From positions 1 through 39,918 of the forward strand of contig CAUYZA010000001.1 in NCBI GenBank assembly GCA_963577225.1: a DNA stretch of 39,918 nt, written 5' to 3'. How positions within the stretch are numbered: position 1 is the stretch's first letter; every line of letters starts with the position of its first letter. The notes beneath the pieces are model-generated. The model was not told the origin of the DNA. It did no database searches and saw only the letters and a list, made by a program, of their open reading frames with translations. This document shows positions 36,934 to 39,918 of this stretch, in pieces. Origin of the DNA: Dehalococcoidia bacterium (lineage in GTDB: Bacteria; Chloroflexota; Dehalococcoidia; Bin125). Both the position numbers and the translations under genes were made by a program.

Positions 36934-37179
36934 TCAGGCTTCGTCGTCCGCGTCGGTGCTTGCGGCGTCGTCCGGGGGCGGCAAATCGCCGCCGTGCCGC
37001 ACCGAGCGGGGCGATTGCGAGGGAACGTCGCGCACGAGGAGCACGCGCAGCAGGAGCAGTGCCGCCAGGGCCAGGATGAGCAGGCCCACCACCCACTCGC
37101 CCGTGGCGAAGAGGACGATCGCGAGCACAATCGAGAACAAGGCGCTGAAAAGTCGCGCCATCCGGATGCGCTGCTGCAT
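36934..37179 (-). CDS. Small hypothetical two-TM membrane protein
   Basis: It reads MQQRIRMARLFSALFSIVLAIVLFATGEWVVGLLILALAALLLLRVLLV.... GGAG lies 4 nt upstream of ATG 37179. Confidence 0.4.
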   Translation of the reverse strand: MQQRIRMARLFSALFSIVLAIVLFATGEWVVGLLILALAALLLLRVLLVRDVPSQSPRSVRHGGDLPPPDDAASTDADDEA

Positions 37180-37270
37180 AAGGCTCCGTCTCAACTAGAG
37201 TCTGGTTCGTTGACGACCAGGATTCGGGGTCCTGTCGAGCGCATAGTATGCCGGACGTGGCCTGTGAGGA

Positions 37271-38419
37271 TTGATGCGAGCGTTTTTCGGTGAGCGCGGG
37301 CTGAGAAAACGGGTCACCGCGCTGCCGCTGCGGCGGTGGGCGATGTTCGGGATCCAGACCGCCGTGATGCTGACCTGGCTGATCTACGTGCTCGTCGCGG
37401 GAGAACTGGACCGGGCGATCGACAACTGGGAGTCGGCCGTGACGATGATCTTCGGGTCGTTCATCGCGGGCTCGTCGCCGGGTGGGGCCGGGGTCGTGGC
37501 GTTCCCGGTCTTGACGAAAGTGCTGGACGTACCAGCCGAGATCGCGCGCAGCTTCACCTTATCGACGCAAGCGCTGGGAATGACCTGCGCGGCCTGTGCA
37601 ATCGTCCTGGCGCGGCGACACGTGGAGTGGCGGGCGTTGGTGGTAGGTCTGCCGGTCGGGACCGCGGGATTCCTAATTTTCCTGTTCCTGCTGGGTGAGC
37701 CAGACCGGGCATTCTGGCCTTCGACGCTGTCCGCGGGGTTGATCAAGGTCACCTTCACGCTGCTGCTGGCGGCGATGGCCGTCGCGATGCTGCTGCTCCG
37801 GCGCGAGGACGACATGGGGCAGCAACAGGTGCCGCACTGGAATCGCCGTGTCTGGGGGGGAATGGTGCTGATAGCGTTCGTGGGGGGTGGCATCTCGGCC
37901 TGGACGGGGGCCGGGGTCAACGTGTTGGTCTTCCTCTTCCTCGTCGTCATGGCCGGGCTGCACCCCCGCGTTGGGATTCCCACCAGCGTGCTGCTGATGG
38001 CAGGCATCTCGATCGTGGGGCTGGTGACGTTGGGTTTCCTTGACGGGCAGTTCGACATTGGGCTGTCGGCGGACGGGGAGCGCGTGATTGCGCTGGAGGG
38101 GCGGGCGTTCGGGCCGGTGGAGGCGTCTCGCTACGACCTACGGGGGCTGTGGCTTGCCGCGATCCCGATCGTCGCCTGGGGGGCGCCGTTGGGGACATGG
38201 GTCGTAACGCGGTTGCGTGAGGATCTCTTGGTCACGTTCTTGGGATTGGCGGCGCTGGTTGAGGTGGTGTCGACGTTCGCCCTCGTCGACCAGTTGCACC
38301 ACGACACCGCGCTGCTGGCGTACGCGATCGTGGGGCTGGTGGTGGCTGTGGCGGGGGTGGTTCTGCTGCGGCGGCACCGCGTGTCGATTTTGGGGCTGCC
38401 CGTCGACGGCGACGCCTAG
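37271..38419 (+). CDS. TauE/SafE-like (DUF81) anion-exporter-family membrane protein
   Basis: This 382-aa polytopic ORF has a GSFIAGSSPGGAGVVAFPVLTKVL motif resembling the TauE/SafE repeat. TTG 37271 and ATG 37274 are both possible starts. Confidence 0.6.
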   Translation: MMRAFFGERGLRKRVTALPLRRWAMFGIQTAVMLTWLIYVLVAGELDRAIDNWESAVTMIFGSFIAGSSPGGAGVVAFPVLTKVLDVPAEIARSFTLSTQALGMTCAACAIVLARRHVEWRALVVGLPVGTAGFLIFLFLLGEPDRAFWPSTLSAGLIKVTFTLLLAAMAVAMLLLRREDDMGQQQVPHWNRRVWGGMVLIAFVGGGISAWTGAGVNVLVFLFLVVMAGLHPRVGIPTSVLLMAGISIVGLVTLGFLDGQFDIGLSADGERVIALEGRAFGPVEASRYDLRGLWLAAIPIVAWGAPLGTWVVTRLREDLLVTFLGLAALVEVVSTFALVDQLHHDTALLAYAIVGLVVAVAGVVLLRRHRVSILGLPVDGDA

Positions 38420-38425
38420 CTCCTG

Positions 38426-38469
38426 CTTGGGCAGGCCGAGGCTTCTGTTATTGCCTCGGCAAGCCCAGG
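38426..38469. terminator. Imperfect inverted repeat between the convergent TauE-like and acyl-CoA dehydrogenase genes
   Basis: GCCGAGGC (38435-38442) pairs with GCCTCGGC (38453-38460) around the loop TTCTGTTATT, with partial outer pairing. The right arm lies inside the dehydrogenase coding end, and there is no U tract. Confidence 0.25.
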
Positions 38470-39650
38470 CCGCGCGTGGCGATGATGTTGCGATTGATCT
38501 CCGACGTACCGGCCGCGATCGTGAGCGGAATCGAGTTGAGGTACTCGAGCGGCAGTCGACCGCCGAGCGGCGCGTAGGGCATGCCCTCGGTCAGCATGCC
38601 GCTCAAGCCGAAGGCGTTGATCATGTGGGTCAGGCGCTGGTTGAGCTCGCCGCCGTAGGCCTTCGACATCGACGCTTCATAGTTCGGCACCTGGCCCTGG
38701 CTCTGCATCCAGGCGACGCGGTAGGCCATCAGCCGTCCGGCCGCGAACTCGATGTGCAGATCTGCGAGCTTGTGGCGCACGGCGGAGTCGTCACCCAGGC
38801 GTCGACCAGCCATGGCGGTGCCCTCGGGCAACGGCTTCGAGGCGAGGGCCGTGATGTCTTCGAGCAGCCGCACCCCGGCCACGACGCGGCCGATGCCGGA
38901 GCGTTCGAAGTCGAGCGTGGTCGTGGCGACGTACCAGCCGCGGTTCTCCTCGCCCACGAGCCACTTGGCGGGCACGCGCACGTCCTCGAAGAAGACCTCG
39001 TTGAAGTGGGAGCGGCCGGCCATGTTGACGAGCGGCCGGACGGAGATGCCGGGGCTCTTCATGTCGGCGACGAAGAAGGAGATGCCGCGGTGCTTGGGGG
39101 CATCGGCGTCGGTGCGAGCAAGGAAGAAGATGTAGTCAGCGTGGTGGGCGCCGGAGGTCCAGATCTTCTGGCCGTTGATGATGTAGTCGTCGCCGTCGCG
39201 GACAGCGCGGCACTGGAGGGAGGCCAGGTCGGAGCCGGAGCCTGGCTCGGAGAAGCCCTGGCACCAGACGATCTCGGCGTCGCGGATTTTCGGGAGGAAG
39301 AAGTCGCGCTGCTCTTCGGAGCCGTGCAGCATGAAGGTGGGGCCGACGCGGTCGATGCCCTGGTCGTAGGTGGGGGCGCGGTAATAGGCCATGGTTTCGT
39401 TGAAGAGGGCCTGGCGGATGGGGCCGGCCTCGGCGCCGCCGAACTCCTTGGGCCAGCCCAGGGTGCGCCAGCCACGCTCGCCCAGTTTGGTGGAGAAGTC
39501 GCGCGTGAAGGCCCAGCGGGCGGCGTCGGCGGCCCCGTCCTCGGCGATGCCTTCAGGCGTATCGGCCCAGTCGGCAGGGAGGGCGTCGTCGAGGAAAGCG
39601 ACGACGCCCCGTCGGAAGGCTTCGTCGTCGGGGGAGAATTTGAAGTCCAT
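38448..39650 (-). CDS. Acyl-CoA dehydrogenase family protein
   Basis: This 400-aa ORF has the typical ACAD layout (...WCQGFSEPGSGSDLASL...GQKIWTSGA...TIAAGTSEINRNIIA). AGGAGC lies upstream of the ATG. Confidence 0.9.
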   Translation of the reverse strand: MDFKFSPDDEAFRRGVVAFLDDALPADWADTPEGIAEDGAADAARWAFTRDFSTKLGERGWRTLGWPKEFGGAEAGPIRQALFNETMAYYRAPTYDQGIDRVGPTFMLHGSEEQRDFFLPKIRDAEIVWCQGFSEPGSGSDLASLQCRAVRDGDDYIINGQKIWTSGAHHADYIFFLARTDADAPKHRGISFFVADMKSPGISVRPLVNMAGRSHFNEVFFEDVRVPAKWLVGEENRGWYVATTTLDFERSGIGRVVAGVRLLEDITALASKPLPEGTAMAGRRLGDDSAVRHKLADLHIEFAAGRLMAYRVAWMQSQGQVPNYEASMSKAYGGELNQRLTHMINAFGLSGMLTEGMPYAPLGGRLPLEYLNSIPLTIAAGTSEINRNIIATRGLGLPRQ

Positions 39651-39918
39651 GGGGGCTCCTATGCCGCACGAAACCTTACCAGGCGGCTAGGCCAACCGGT
39701 CGATGCGTCAGACAAGCCCATACCGTACGCTCAGCAAGAACCAATCTCCTGTGAGTACTACCTTGCCCGACGCCGCCACCGTCTATAGCGAGATTCTTCA
39801 GTGGTCCGAAGATCGGCCGCTCTGGATCCGTGACGCGCTCCGCCGGATCATCACCAAACCAGGCTAGAGGAGGCGGACTACGCGGCATTCTGGGCAGCCG
39901 CGCAAGCGTCCACGTCCG

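Noticed and set aside
38217-39788. A 523-aa plus-strand ORF.
   Set aside because: It is antisense to the acyl-CoA dehydrogenase gene and overlaps the end of the TauE-like gene. The Gly/Ala/Val/Asp-rich translation has no motifs, so it is a shadow ORF.

Overview
This is a high-GC (about two-thirds G+C by eye), gene-dense bacterial chromosomal segment. The gene content (LL-DAP aminotransferase, RNase J, TatAC, type-A RNase P RNA) suggests a Chloroflexota/Thermomicrobia-like or actinobacterium-like organism, but that placement is only an inference. Almost everything is housekeeping. In window order the genes are:
- a partial zinc-ribbon membrane protein
- two tandem family-III CoA-transferases
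- an alpha/beta hydrolase, a GNAT and a DinB-family protein
- hflX and a frame-broken HIT gene
- a minus-strand block: murE, a class-III aminotransferase, dapF, a GNAT-like ORF and dapL
- rnpB (RNase P RNA), RNase HI, a serine-recombinase-like gene and a COG1579 zinc-ribbon gene
- yceD-rpmF-fabD-nusB-acpP
- a tatA/B-family gene and tatC, a family-4 uracil-DNA glycosylase, RNase J and ftsK
- a small zinc-ribbon class-III nucleotide cyclase
- uvrB, ruvA, ruvC, yebC and surE
- a P1/DmpA peptidase, a small membrane protein and a small HAD-like hydrolase
- an orphan Tat-lipoprotein family-5 solute-binding protein and a second small membrane protein
- a TauE/SafE-like permease and an acyl-CoA dehydrogenase

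I see no CRISPR array, tRNA, rRNA, IS element or prophage, and no clear-cut multi-gene defence system.

The best candidates for something undescribed are:
1. A large-serine-recombinase-like protein with a degenerate catalytic motif and zinc-ribbon subdomain. It is translationally coupled to RNase HI inside a COG1579 / RNase HI / rnpB / murE co-directional block.
2. A self-contained promoter plus roughly 155 nt plus intrinsic-terminator unit (a candidate orphan sRNA) between uvrB and the cyclase gene.
3. A short ORF with a frame break at the extreme 3' edge that may be the start of an accessory gene cut off by the window.

The many long ORFs antisense to real genes are high-GC shadow ORFs. All functional calls rest on motif recognition in the supplied translations and in my own hand translations; no database search was possible.
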